Origin: Takakia lepidozioides
Lineage: Eukaryota > Plantae > Bryophyta
Assembly (NCBI GenBank): GCA_030704615.1
Contig: CM060734.1
Coordinates: 16,864,001-16,928,000 of the forward strand
Length of the DNA: 64,000 nucleotides
Direction of reading: 5' to 3'
Shown here: positions 13,123 to 25,500 of the stretch, piece by piece
Layout of the letters: each line of letters begins with the position of its first letter
Position numbering within the stretch: position 1 is the stretch's first letter
Position numbers and translations under genes: made by a program
Notes under the pieces: model-generated
Seen by the model: the letters and a program-made list of their open reading frames with translations, nothing else
What the model was told of the DNA's origin: nothing
Databases searched by the model: none

Positions 13123-14460
13123 GTGCTGCAAGGCTTCATGCCCCCCGCCATGTCGCAAGGCGTCATCACCTTGTTGTACAAAAAAAGGGACAGAACAAAT
13201 ATCTCCAATTACAAACCCATTACCTTGCTGAATGTAGCTTATAAAATAATTGCGAAAACCTTGGCTCTTAGACTGCAGACTCTCTTGTCTTCTCTGATCA
13301 GGCCCAATCAAACAGGGTTTATAAAAGGTAGATTCATCCTTGACAATCTTCTTTTAGCTCAAGAGGTGCTAGAATTCGCCTCCAGATCAGGTCAGGCTAT
13401 TGCCATGGTTCTCTTGGATTTCGAAAAGGCGTTTGACAGAGTGGAATGGCCCTTCCTCCTTGCAGCTTTGGCTAAGATAGGCTTTCCACCACATTTCTGC
13501 AGTTGGGTTCACATTCTTTTGACAATATCATCCAACAGGGTCATGGTAAATGGATACCTCTCCTCTTTCTTCCCCCTGCAGCGTTCAGTTCGACAGGGGT
13601 GCCCGCTGGCCCCTTTCCTGTTCATGTGGTGGCAGATACCTTGGGTTACATGCTGGACCACAACCAAAACATAAAGGGCCTCAGGATCACCAACTACATC
13701 ATGAGACAGCCCATCAACCTCATAGACTCTATGTTTGTGGACGATACTTTTCTGATGCTTCAAGCTACAGAGGAAAATTTAGACTTAGCTGGAAATACTC
13801 TGAATGGTTTTTGCCAGGCCTCAGGATTCAAGGTCAATTGGAACAAAACATCAGCCTTGCTTGTCACAGATCTCACGGAATCCACATTAGGAACACCTCC
13901 TTCGTGGGGTTCCAACCAGGGTTTGAAGTGGCTCAAGCACGGTGAGGCCACTACCCTCTTGGGCTTACTCATTTGGAATAGGCCTTATAGATGAATAGAA
14001 ATTTGCCCCAATACTGCAAAAGCTCAAAAGGAAACTCACCTACTGGGGCTCGAAGCACCTTTCCCTCACTGGCCGGGTCTTGGTGGCTAACCAAATCTGC
14101 TCATCTGGTATGTGGTATTACTCCTCATCATGGCGTCCAGACTCGAAACAAGTCCAAGAAGCTAGAGGCCTCCTTAGAAACTACATCTGGGGGGCTCGCA
14201 AAGCCACAGACAACAAAAGACCACAAGTAAGTTAGAAACAAATCTGCCTTCCCAAAAAGAAGGGGGGCTTGGGGACAGTTTGTCCGGTTTGGGGAAGCTC
14301 CACATGTCCCTTGTACTTTGGGAACCATTCCAGATTTGGAGCCACCAGGTCTGTCCAACCACCCAGCATATTCGTAAGCGCCAAACACCACAAAAAACGA
14401 GTTGTTGCCACCACAATTTGGTTAAGAATGTATCACCTTTTTTGCACCATCCACACAGGA
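13123..14460 (+). mobile_element. LINE (L1/Tx1-like) reverse transcriptase fragment, frameshifted
   Basis: NYKPITLLNVAYKIIAK, NQTGFIKGRFILDN, LDFEKAFDRVEW, SVRQGCPLAPFLF, MFVDDT, SGFKVNWNKT. Confidence 0.95.
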
Positions 14461-14469
14461 TGTGGCTAG

Positions 14470-16555
14470 ACGATGGAGCTTCTCCAATGTCATCGTGGGC
14501 TTCAGAGCGCGGGAGTAGTGCTTCCCCACCTCCACCAGAAAGTCGGCACCAAGGGCGGGATCAGCTATGGCCACGTACTTTACCATCCGCGACTTGTACT
14601 TTATGCGGGTCCACCTCCGCAGCTTTGAGATACGATTCGAGTGCCGAGAGGGTTAGATTCTTCTCCTCTGACTCCATGTAGAACCTCCGCGCATGTGCCA
14701 AATCCTGCTGAATTTTCGTCTGTCAAGAATGCGCACATAAGATTAGAGATCCTGCTCAACACTTTTTCTTCTATTGGGGGAGGAGAGACAGATTAGCTCA
14801 ACAAAACAGTCAGGAGCTTTACCCGAAATATGTAGTCCACCATGGCGTCCATGCTCAGCCTATACCAGGTTCTGTCTGCCTTTGCCTCCGACTTGCGCAG
14901 GAGGTCGGCACTGAGCGAATTGGCAAACTCTTGCACCCCCTGCTTCCCGACATCCTTCACTCGGAAGAGCATATGGGACAAGTTGGTGGCAATGAAGGCA
15001 TTCTCAGTCATCCTGCAATGCCACATTTCCATCAAACAATTTTGAAATGGGAATTTACAACAAATATGAGGATTCGCAATGAAATGACTTACAATCGGAT
15101 GGGTCCAAAAGCAAGAGGCGTTGTAACTTACGAGTTGATGTCTGCCATTGCAGCTTTGAGAAGACTGCGATCTTTGGGCCCCGCAACCTTCAGCACAACA
15201 CACTCCACGGCAAAATGCCAATCAAGGTCGTTGGGGTGGGCTTCGGCTATGTGCTCCATCCATGCCAGGAGGCGATGATTGCCGTCCCACACGTAAAACA
15301 TCTTTCCGGACAAGTGCTGGAAAAGAGGATCAGTATCAATCGATTTCTCGAACTCCTCATTTCGCCTTTGCCAATGGGGACACCATTTGTCCACCTCATC
15401 GGAAGTGTGGGCACGGGAAGCTCCGTGGTCGTTCTCAATGGAAACGTAAAACGCGGCAGACCCCATTCGATATCCATCCCGGAAAGAGAATTTCAGCTTG
15501 TCGATATCGCCTGGGAGGGCAGGTCTCACCACCTGCAAAGACACCAAGCGGCAAAGAGGAATTCGAAGCTTGGCCGGGTACACCATGCCCCCCAGCACCC
15601 TGCCAATGTTGTTGTGGGTTGCCTCCAATATCTTGGCAGTGGCCAACTTCATATCCTCCTCCGACATGACGTCTGCTGCAGAGGGGTTCTCCGGCAGCCC
15701 ACCAGGACCGCCAAATCCAGCCTGTATGCTGCGGGTTTGGGGCCTGGGGATGTCCGGGAGGATGTCATCCTGGTCAGAAAGCTCGGTGTCGTCCTCCTCA
15801 ACATGGTGAACCACCGGCAAAACCACCTCGAGCACTCTCCCTATCTCTACTGCCATCTCCCCGGCTTCACCTCGAACTTGCACAATCCGTGCTCTTTGTG
15901 GTGTTCTTTCCTCTCCTCCACTCTCCACCATATGGGTAATTGCGGGGGCTGCTCTTGTCCGCGATGGTGTAACCGGTGTGTTACTGCCTCTTTGTGGTGT
16001 CTTGGAGGGATCTACCGTCTCTGTGCGTCCCTCGCTTACATTGGCATCTGTCATTTGGGCACCCCTGGCCTTTTCAGTGGCCTTTTCTCTTTCCTCCTGG
16101 CTAGCCTTCTGTCTCGCCTGTTCTTTTGCCCTCTCTTTTGCCCTCTCACGGGCTTTCTGTTTCTTACTAGGGCTAGCAGCAGGGGAGCCCGGATGGACGA
16201 CCACCTTTAATTGAGGCGAACTGACACCCTCGCGCGCACTGCTCACTCCCCCCTCCGCAGCCCGTGACGGCTCTCTCGCCGGGGATTGCATATGCTTAGC
16301 TTTCTTCTTCTTCTTTGCGTGGGCGGGCCCTACTGCATGTGCATCAACAACCTCCATTGCCGGATCTGCTGTCCTCACGTCCTCACACCCTTCACCTGCC
16401 ATGCCGCCTGCACCAACCTCCCCAATGCCTATTATGTTGTACCGTCGCCGCAGGTCCTCCCGTCCACCAACAAAAGGTTGAAGTTTGCCCTCTCGCCCCA
16501 AGTTGGGCGATTCAAACATGCGATGAGTTGGAGCGGTCGATGATACCACCAGCAT
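14470..16555 (-). CDS. Multi-exon transposon-associated protein with ParB/Sulfiredoxin-like (DGNHR) domain, 3' truncated
   Basis: 475-aa ORF with IPLCRLV...VVRP...DIDKLK..F..GY and FYVWDGNHRLLAW. GT donor near 15131, AG acceptor near 15013, next exon MTENAFIATN...YIFR, GT near 14822, AG near 14721. It is cut where it meets the LINE near 14460. Confidence 0.7.
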
Positions 16556-17479
16556 GCCGGGCTCGTCGTCACTCTGTCATTCCCAAAATCGTCAGAACCA
16601 ACATCGGTGCCAAAACCAGCATCGCAACGAGCAGCGCAACCACCATAGCAATAATCGTGGAACAACAATGAAAACAAAACAAGTTTAGGAAGTATGGAGT
16701 ACCATGGAACAACAATGAAAACAAATCCAACCAATGCCTAAGAATGACATGCACAAGCAGCCTTCTCCAGAGCTGCCGGCTTTGCACACGCATTGCAAAC
16801 TATCTAAGGTTCACTCAACCGGTAATATGAAACACGATGAACAAATGATCAGGAATTCCATAAGACGGGAAAACAGGGTGAAATGTTTTGAAGGCACTTC
16901 ATCTTCTCAGCTCAGCATGGATTTCCTTAATTTTTAACCACTCAGACCTTGATCATTCTTCGCAACAGCTGCTGCTTTTGCGATGCAGCCATACGCTTCC
17001 AGCGATGCCAGGATGAAGATGCAAAAACAAAGCGAAACGACAAAGCGAAAGCAAAAGCGAAAGCGAACAAAGCGAAAGCAGAAGTGGCTTGCCTGAGAGT
17101 ACTCGGCTTCAGTTGGCGCGGGTTGTGAGCAAGACACTGGAATCTCCTGCTGGAGCTTAAGTTTGGCCATGCGAGAGATTGGCCGTCGTCCGTAGTACAA
17201 AGCTTTCAACTTCCGCCGCGGTCTGGATGTGAGGTCTCTCTCAGGAGAACCACGCCCTTCAGGCGGCATAAGTCCCAGCCAAAATAGAAAAAAATCTCAG
17301 TTTTTTGGGATACATGCCTCGAATAGAAGTTAATCCAAGATTAGCATCAGATTTAGGGTACGTATCGAGGAAGCCATGTGTCGCCAGCCCGAATAAAAAT
17401 GGACGGCGGTGGACATTTAATGCCCAACTACGCAATTAAATGTCGGATGAAGCCCTCCCTGTCGGATGAAATATGACGC

Positions 17480-19480
17480 AACTCGGCCCGGAATTTCCAA
17501 CGTAGAGGTAATTCGGAGCGTAGCAGGATAGAATTCCGGCGCCGGATTTCCATCCTGCAAGTAATTCGGAGCACGGATGGATGGAAATCCAGCGCCGGAT
17601 TTCCATCCGCCAGGTACGGCGGCATGCAAAATTTCCGTCATGCAGGTAATTTGGAGAGCAGCAGGATGGAAATTCAGCGCCGAATTTCCATCCTGCCAGG
17701 TAGGGCGTCGCGCGAAATTTCCGTCTCGCAGGTAATTCGGAGCCGGATGGATGGAAATCCGGCGCCGGATTTCCATCCTGCCAGGTAGGGCGGCGCGCGA
17801 AATTTCCGCCACGCAGGTAATTCAGAGCCGGATGGATGGAAATCCGGCGCCGGATTTCCATCCGCCAGATTGCTCGGAGTGCGGATGGATGGAAATTCGG
17901 CGCCGGATTTCCATCCTGCCAGGTAGGGCGGCGCGCGAAATTTCCGCCACGCAGGTAATTCGGAGCGGATGGATGGAAATTCGGCGTCGAATTTCCATCC
18001 GGCAGGTAGGGCGGCACGCAAAATTTCCGTCATGCAGGTAATTCGGAGCGGATCAGGATGGAAATTCGGCGCCGAATTTCCATCCTGCAGGTAATTCGAA
18101 GCCCGGATGGATGGAAATCCGTCGCCAAATTTCCATCCAGCAGGTAACTCGGATCGCTGGCGGATGGAAATTCGACGCTGAATTTCCATTCGCCAGGTAA
18201 GTCGAAGCGTCGAATTACCTTCCTGCAGGTAATTCTGAGCGTGGCCGCTTGGTTTTTCGGAGAAAAACAAACTAAACTGTTAGTTTTGTGGCTGAAGTCC
18301 ACTTTTAGACACGTTTTTCATGGAATCCTTGACTGCTAGAGGGAAATCCGAACGGCCTCGGACGGAAATTCGGCGCCGTTTTTCCATCCTGGGAGGTTTT
18401 TATATCGTCTAGTTTTGGGCCTCACCACCCGACCGGACTTCCTTTGAGGGGGCGAATTTCCATCCGGGGGATGGTCTCTGTCGGACAGGTGCCAGCCTCT
18501 ACGCCCGAGGCGACTTCGTCCGGGCGTCCCCCTGTTGGATATTCGGTGCCGAATTTCCGTCCGGGGGTTGAAATGTGACGGCCAGGTGCCGGCCTCTCCC
18601 CCCTCCCCGACTGCATCCGAACCGCCCCGCACGGAAATTCGGCGCCGTTTTTCCATCTTGGGAGGTTTTATATCATCCAGTTTTGGGCCTCACCACCCGA
18701 CCGGACTTCCTTTGAGGGGGCCCGGATGGAAATTCGGCGCCGAATTTCCATCCGGGGGATGGTCTCTGTCGGACAGGTGCCGGCCTCTCCGCCCGAGGCG
18801 ACTTCATCCGAGCGTCCCCTGTTGGATATTCGGTGCCGAATTTCCGTCCGGGGGTTGAAATGTGACGGCCAGGTGCCGGCCTCTCCCCCCTCCCCGACTG
18901 CATCCGAACGGCCCCGGATGGAAATTCGGCGCCGTTTTCCCATCTGGGGAGGTTTTTATGTCGGCCAGTTTTCGGCCTGCCCCCCCGACATGACTTCGTT
19001 TGGGGGGGCCCGGATGGAAATTCAGCGCCGAATCTCCATCCAGTGGATGCTCTCTGTCGAACACGCGCCGGCTTCTACGCCCGAGGCGACTTCATCCGGG
19101 CTTCCCCTGTTGGATATTCGGTGCCGAATTTCCGTCCGGGGGTTGTAATGTGAGGGCCAGGTGGCGGCCTTTCCCCCGAGCCGACTGCATCCGAACGGCC
19201 TTGGATGGAAATTCGGCGCCGTTTTTCCATCCGGGGAGGTTTTTATGTCGGCCAATTTTCGGCCTAACCCCCCGACACGACTTCCTTTGGGGGGATCCGA
19301 ATAGAAATTCGGCGCTGAATTTCCATCCGGGGGTTGTTCTTTGTCGGGCAGGTTCCGGCCTCTCTGCCCGAGGCGACTTCATACGTGCGGCCCCTGCTGG
19401 ATATTCGGTGCCGAATTTTCATCCGGGGGTAGTAATGTGACGGCACGATGCCGGCTTCTCCCCTTCAGCCGACATCATCC
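17480..19480. repeat. Palindrome array A (GGATGGAAATTCGGCGCCGAATTTCCATCC core; ~80-bp units then ~290-bp higher-order units)
   Basis: Perfect 36-bp palindrome at 18721-18756 and 34-bp palindrome at 18054-18087, plus many variants. It is the inverted homolog of 38120-40205. Confidence 0.95.
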
Positions 19481-19684
19481 GGACGGCCCCCCACTTTCTG
19501 ACTGCATACCGTTGGCAGTTATTGTGCAAAGACCAAGGGCCGCATTCCTGAGACAAGGTTCATTAACACTCTGACTGTGGATTTTTGAGATAGTTGGCTC
19601 CCTGGATTTGGATCAGGCTTCGTCGCTCGGACAAATCGGCACCGCATTCCTTCCCATCGCTGCATCCCCCTTCTATCAGGGAGC

Positions 19685-20429
19685 TTGCCCGCATGCCATC
19701 CTGGGAGTCTTGTGTGCACATCTCCCATGGCGGAAAACCCGAGCGCTACAGAGTACTGCCCTCCTCACGATTTTTTGGAGGAGGAAAGGAAGGACTCAAA
19801 CGGCGTTGTTGTCGAGAGTATTGTTGTGCTCCACGATGATTTCGGCGATGGCAGGGAATGGCGAGTTCCACCATCGGACAGCGTCATATACAAGGTTGTT
19901 GGGGACTTCATTTGCCCGCCAAATACACCTTCTATCCTGGCGCCTTCAACGAAACAATCCGCGAATCAGAGAATGGCTACCTCAAAGAGAGAAGTCCGCA
20001 ACGAAGTAAATCCAGAGCCGAACCCATCTATGAAGACGAGCGAGAACCGGGTTGTTCACAACCTGTCCGACTCAGACGAGGTCATGGAAGTTCCGAGGTC
20101 GTCCTGGAGATTAGGCAAGTCCTCAATGGACGTCAGTGGACGAGGGAGTCATATTCCCAGCACGAGCACCGCAGTTCGATCTATTCTTGAAATTCTGCGA
20201 GGGCTTCACATGGAGGGACACCGCTCGGAGCTGGCCGGGCTGGACTACAGCAAGTTCGCAATTAAATCGGTTACATGCCTTCCCGCAGACGTCGACGGTA
20301 ATATCTTCTTTGAGTTCCCTCCTCGGACGGACTACTCGAGGGCGTCCGGAATGTTGACAGATATGGATAGAAAACATGATGGTCATTATTGGTGCGTCAC
20401 CAAAACCACCAGCATGAAGATGCTCGATG
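19685..20429 (+). pseudogene. MULE transposase copy A, 5' part only
   Basis: Near-identical to the N-terminus of the 35759-37888 ORF, up to TKTTSMKMLD. It is then fused to Gypsy gag at 20430 and has a ~90-bp in-frame deletion near 19770. Confidence 0.88.
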
Positions 20430-22752
20430 TAACCACCAGGCCTACCATAGTGGTCCTGATCATTGTTTCTTCTTGGCTGGGGCTGCACTTGATGCACCCT
20501 TACTTGCCTAGGTTCTCTTGCAGCTGTCCTTCTGTTGTAGTAACAATTCTTAGTAGAATGGTTATCCATTTTACAGATAGTACAGTGTTTCTCCTTCATG
20601 TGGCATTCAGTGGTGGTATGGCCTTCATTCTGGCACTTTGCACACCAAACACCCTTCATCCAATGTGTTGCAGCCTCTGTGGCATACTTCTTCAAGATTT
20701 CTTATAATTTTTCCTCATAGTTATCCCTCTTCAACTTCTCCTTTCTCTTACTCTTCCTTTTTAGTTCTTGCTCTTCTTCTTCATCTGACTCATCCTCAGA
20801 GTCCTCATCATCCCTTTTCTCTCTCCTGAGTATTCCCAATTGCTCAATTCTATTTGCAGTTTCAAATGCCTCCTCCACTGTATTATGGGGTGACATATCC
20901 ACTTTCTTTTGCAACTCTGGTCTTAGTCCACTCATAAACCAAGTCTTCTGTAAACCTGGTGCTGGTACAGCAGCCAGCTTTTTCATCATCAATTCCAACT
21001 TTTCCATATACTCCTCAACAGTTTCATGCTTCTTTTGTTTTAACTGTTGTAAACTTCCATACACTTCATCCTCAGTTTTACTTGTCCTGAACCTATTTCG
21101 GAATGTTGTATTCAAGCCATTCCAGGTTAGGAAATGATTATCAGGGAATCTTGCATACCATTCACTTGCTTTCTTGATAAGTGAACAAGGAAACAATCTC
21201 ATCTTGGCATCATCGCCATTCTCATTGTTCACTATACACATGTGCTCAAATTGGCTAATGTGTACATCGGGATCCCCTTTTCCTGAATATATTGGAAAAG
21301 GTGGTTTTGCCCGTGTTGGTTGTAACGCCATCTGTGGCCCTATCTTCTGCTACTAACAGGTGCTGGCACCCTTGCTGGTGCTGGTCCTTCAGGACCTGTT
21401 GTTGTTGTGGTGGATCTTCCACCAAATGGTGGCCCCTGAACACTCCTTGCTATTGGCCCCACGATATTCACAGTATTCCCAGCTCCAGTTGCACTACTTC
21501 CCACACTCCCTGTCCCCCCAAAGCCAGATCCAGGCAGCCCGCCTGATCCCCCTGAGCCGACACCTTCGTTGGCCTGTGATCCAAGTGCTCCACTTGATCC
21601 AGGTCCAACGGGTTGGGATGTCCTGGTTGTAGTCTCAACCTCAGCTGTTGGGTCTATTTCTTCATACTCTTCCTCTTCCAATTTCTTCTCTCTATTTTCA
21701 TCCTCCAAGTTCTGCCCTTGGGTTTCTTCTTCACTCATGTAACTCAACTGCAATGGTGTTGGAGAATCTAAACTCTCCGTTGGCTCTGCCACATCCTCTC
21801 CTCTTCTTCACCTTCCGCTTCAAAAACTGGAGTTCCTGCTTTTGGTGTTCTATGCCTCTGTCAAATATTTTATCCAGGGATGTACCTCAGATCTTTCACC
21901 TTGTGATTGATCTTCTTCCCGTACCAATTCCCTTAATCTTTCTTGCAAAGAAAAAGAAAGAGTGGCATCCAACTCTAGTTCTTCCGGTATGGGTGATGTA
22001 CTCTCTGATCTTAATGGTGTGAGAGGTCCAGATGATTCCCCTATGTCTATTCCTCTCTCCTAAAGATATGGATAATTAGCTTTCAGATAGCTTTCTCTTT
22101 TTGCTGAATATCTCTGGCGTCTAGCTTCTCTTTCATCACTCATGTCCCATGTCTTTCATTTCTTTTAATGTGGCAATAACCAAAACTCTCTTCTGTAATA
22201 TCTCTCGTATATGCCTGGGTTTCTTTCAAGCTTCAATGCACCCTTGGCTATACTAGAAGTCTCCATTACCATATAACCATATGGCAAACAAGTCTGGAAA
22301 GCTGTTCTTGGTGTGAGTTTGATCCACAAAATATCCTTTGGAATCCAATTATTTACCAATACAAGCTCTTCATGCATATGAGTATAAACATTCACCTTTC
22401 TTTCCTCCCAGCCTTCAAACTCTACTCGCTTAATGGATAACAATGCTATCACATAAACCAGTGTTGGTAACCAACGTGCTCTTCCTCTACATGCCACCTG
22501 ATAAATCTTTATCACTCCTTTCTCCAGACCCCACTCAGGGTCAGCATCATGCACTCTCTTAAGAATGTTTTCTTTACAACCGTCTAGCAATTCCAAGAAC
22601 CTCTGAAAGAATCGTTTGGACAATCTTTCCTTCTCAGTTTCACAGGGAATTTGATTCACATCAAATTCTTTAATTCTCCATCCACCATGATCCCACCAGA
22701 TGCCTGTCACATCTGGTTGTTCATGACCCAGTTCCCCAGTATGGTCACCAAA
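20430..22752 (-). mobile_element. Ty3/Gypsy G2 internal region (PBS, 5' extra ORF, gag), truncated
   Basis: Gag 20702-21331 (KPPFPIYSGKGDPDVHISQFE). PBS TGGTGACCATACTGGGGA lies on the minus strand next to the LTR end at 22753. Confidence 0.93.
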
Positions 22753-22857
22753 TGTCGAGCGGTTACTCACCCATCCCTTCGCTATCCGAGGCGGGAACTC
22801 CAAGATAGAAGTGTTGGAAATCTCTAAGCACTCAGCCCGCTCAGAACAATCAGTCAT
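22165..22857 (-). CDS. 230-aa extra ORF upstream of gag, starting inside the LTR and reading through the PBS
   Basis: Open ORF MTDCSERAECLE...FWLLPH. A homolog at 42749-43250 carries an internal deletion, and a related WIPKD motif occurs at 54795. Confidence 0.55.
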   Translation of the reverse strand: MTDCSERAECLEISNTSILEFPPRIAKGWVSNRSTFGDHTGELGHEQPDVTGIWWDHGGWRIKEFDVNQIPCETEKERLSKRFFQRFLELLDGCKENILKRVHDADPEWGLEKGVIKIYQVACRGRARWLPTLVYVIALLSIKRVEFEGWEERKVNVYTHMHEELVLVNNWIPKDILWIKLTPRTAFQTCLPYGYMVMETSSIAKGALKLERNPGIYERYYRREFWLLPH

Positions 22858-22916
22858 GACCTACAGCTAGTGTATCATGGGGGTGTTTCCTATTTGTTTT
22901 TCTTCCCGCATTCATG
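22753..22916 (-). repeat. Gypsy G2 5' LTR, inner part (interrupted by MULE)
   Basis: Matches the LTR ends at 42690-42856, 54630-54794 and 57589-57755. Confidence 0.93.
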
Positions 22917-23144
22917 GAGGTTAGCTATTTCATGAGCATGAGCGGCATGAGCGGAGTAGTAAGACAATCGGTTTTCATGAGCAGAAGTACAAATTTCGAA
23001 AATAAAAAACAATAAAAAACATTAATTTAATGCAATATGTCAGGAAAAACAAATATATTATTCGGCCCCTTGAAGGGAAAATTGTAATTTTGACAGTTGT
23101 GCTCATGATATTTCGTCTTCCGCTCATGCCAATTCCCAGCGACA

Positions 23145-23480
23145 TGTGCAAATATGGCGCCGAATTTCGCGGTAATAGGGTCCGTAACTTGAAAAAACGG
23201 CGACGTATTTCGCGGTAATAGGTCTCTCTGGCGAAAAATAGTGCCGAATTCCGCGACTATAGGTCCCTTCATGACAGGTAATTCGGCGCCATTTTTCCAG
23301 TGCATGTTTGGACTTAGCCAGTTTTCGGCGCAAAATAGGGAAATTCGGCGCCATTTTTCCAGACACTGTACCAGTGCATGTTGGGACTTAGCCAGTTTTC
23401 GGCCCAAAAAAGAGAAATTCAGCGTCATTTTTCCAGACACGGTACCAGTGCATGTTGGGACTTAGCCAGTTTTCGGCCAT
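23145..23480. repeat. Left subterminal repeats of MULE
   Basis: Repeated aaattcggcgccatttttccag and gggacttagccagttttcggc. The same motifs occur at 40205-40820. Confidence 0.85.
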
Positions 23481-23559
23481 GTTTGTCGTGGGCATGTCGG
23501 TGTCGGAGTCGAGACACATTTCCTGCACAAGCACATGTTGAGGTTACAAGCAAGTTACA

Positions 23560-25500
23560 AATATGGCTAAGAATAATATTCAACGGGACGTGAATTCGTG
23601 CAACTCACCTCCCGCATATAGTCGCCGAACTGGAGAAAACGATAATGCCACCATGCTAGCCAACATGACTTTTGAGTCCTTGGGGGAGGTTTGGGAAACC
23701 CGGTTGCCCCGGATACGGGCGTTAGAAGGTGTCCACCTTCCAAATAAGGCAATAGTCCTTTGGGGTGAAGTAATACCATAAGTTACGTTTGCTTTAGCAG
23801 GAGTCTTCATCTCTGACCTTAGATCAGCGACGATGTGTTGAAAGTATGATGGTCGATAGTGAAAGGTACGATATATAGGCAAAGCTGAAGTTGAGTATAT
23901 CATCATTGATTTCGTTGAACAATCATAAGGAGTGGCATAGGACAAACTGAGAATGTTGTATAATCACTAGGACTTCTGGCTTAGTGAAGAATAGTTTTCT
24001 TGATAACGTTCTTGTCTTTTATCAATCTAGGTGGTAATGTTTGCTTGCATGTACTATCAAATTAACTCCTTGGAAAATGTGATGTTAGAAGTAGGTTCGT
24101 TTAAGAGAAACTATGGTAGCAGAATCTCTCAACTATGAGTAGTTCGACCTCTGAAGACCATCAATCTATATGTGAAGTGCAGAGACTTTGTAGATGCCAA
24201 TCCACCCATGACAAGAGAAAAAGAAGACTCCGACAAAGTTGGCGTAGCTAAGAACCATTTCAGCTTTCGGCTACCGATACCCCCATGACAACAATTGAAG
24301 GTATCAATTGTTTCCTAACTTGATCTTGGGTTCAATTCCTTAAAATGGCTCTTCATCCCTACATTGTTCATTCAATGGGTTGTGTTGCAGGGCGATTTGG
24401 AATTTTGTGTAATAGTTTGTCATGCATGGAGACATAATGCATAAGTGTTAACATGCGGCAAGTGGGGTTGTCAATGTCATGGTGGATTACTATCAGCCAT
24501 CATATGAAGAACGGGAACCTCTTGTCAAAAAGAATCCTACAGAAGAATTGTGAGTCTCAGTTGTAGCTCTCCCTACTAACATTTCATACTAGTGTCTAGC
24601 TCACATGGAGGTGTAACAATGTGAGTAATTAGGACTTTTTTGTATTTGGGGTTCTTAGCACATTCTCCTTTGCTAGCCCATCGTCATGGCTTTAGTTTTC
24701 TTGTCGTTTCATAGTGATACTTGCTACCATGGATCTGCTTCTGTCTGTCAGCTAGGGCGTGGTGTTGGGGTATTTAGGCCCATGTACTATGATAAGTGTA
24801 GACGAATAAAGGGAGATAGAGTGCAAGCTGCAGGTCATACTTAGCTTGGAGGATTTTCTTTTATTGGAGTTTAGGACTCAAGAGTAGTAATGTTTTGAAG
24901 AAATGTTTGGTGTTGTAGTTGGTCTGAATGCCTTATAATCTAAGATACTTGTTGAAGGGGGACTGACTGTCATTGTACCTCGGATGGAGAGGGTGTGATT
25001 CATACATGAGTTTATTCAATTCAATTAGGCTATGCAGATTTCCTTTTCCCCTGATGACTTCATTGCTGTAAAAGTCCACAGGGGTACCCATGACATGCTC
25101 AACTTGTCGTGCACTTAGGTGTGCAGAGCTGGAAGGACGGTTGATTGCAAGAGTATAAACCTGATATGTTTGCATGTTTGTGTAGACAATGCTTGTGCCC
25201 GACCTACACTGCCGAGGATGAGGATTTGATATTAGAACAACATAGCATGTTTGTATAAGGAGTTGCACATTTACTAGTAGATGATGATGCTCCATGTGTA
25301 CACTTTGTTGCATCTAGGGTGAATGCGTTGTGATACAGGTACCCTGGAGTATACAATCATAATCCATGGACAAGCAGTTTACAGTGTCAATAAGCAAAGG
25401 GGCACTTGTCATCTGTGTTTCCCTTCCACCTGACAAGTACAAGTCTACTGAATCTGGGCGGTAATGTTTTCAGCAAGAGAGACTTTGTAAATTCATTGGA
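23560..25500. other. Old degenerate repeat-like cargo (possible LINE endonuclease relics)
   Basis: Only weak GDxNAR/GDWN-like traces, near 23720 (minus) and 24390 (plus). Confidence 0.2.

Noticed and set aside
15215-16210. 331-aa plus-strand ORF, and similar ones such as 36587-37387 and 58726-59382
   Set aside because: They are antisense shadows of real coding regions with no motifs of their own.
17480-19480. CRISPR array (regular palindromic repeats)
   Set aside because: The spacers are themselves repeated rather than unique, there are no cas genes, and the context is eukaryotic and intron-containing.
17417-19574. Many ORFs with MEIRRRISI / GWKFGAEFPS here and at 38026-40262
   Set aside because: These are translations of the palindromic repeat and appear on both strands.
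19685-20707. 340-aa ORF as a novel fusion protein
   Set aside because: It is truncated transposase running into antisense Gypsy gag across a deletion junction.
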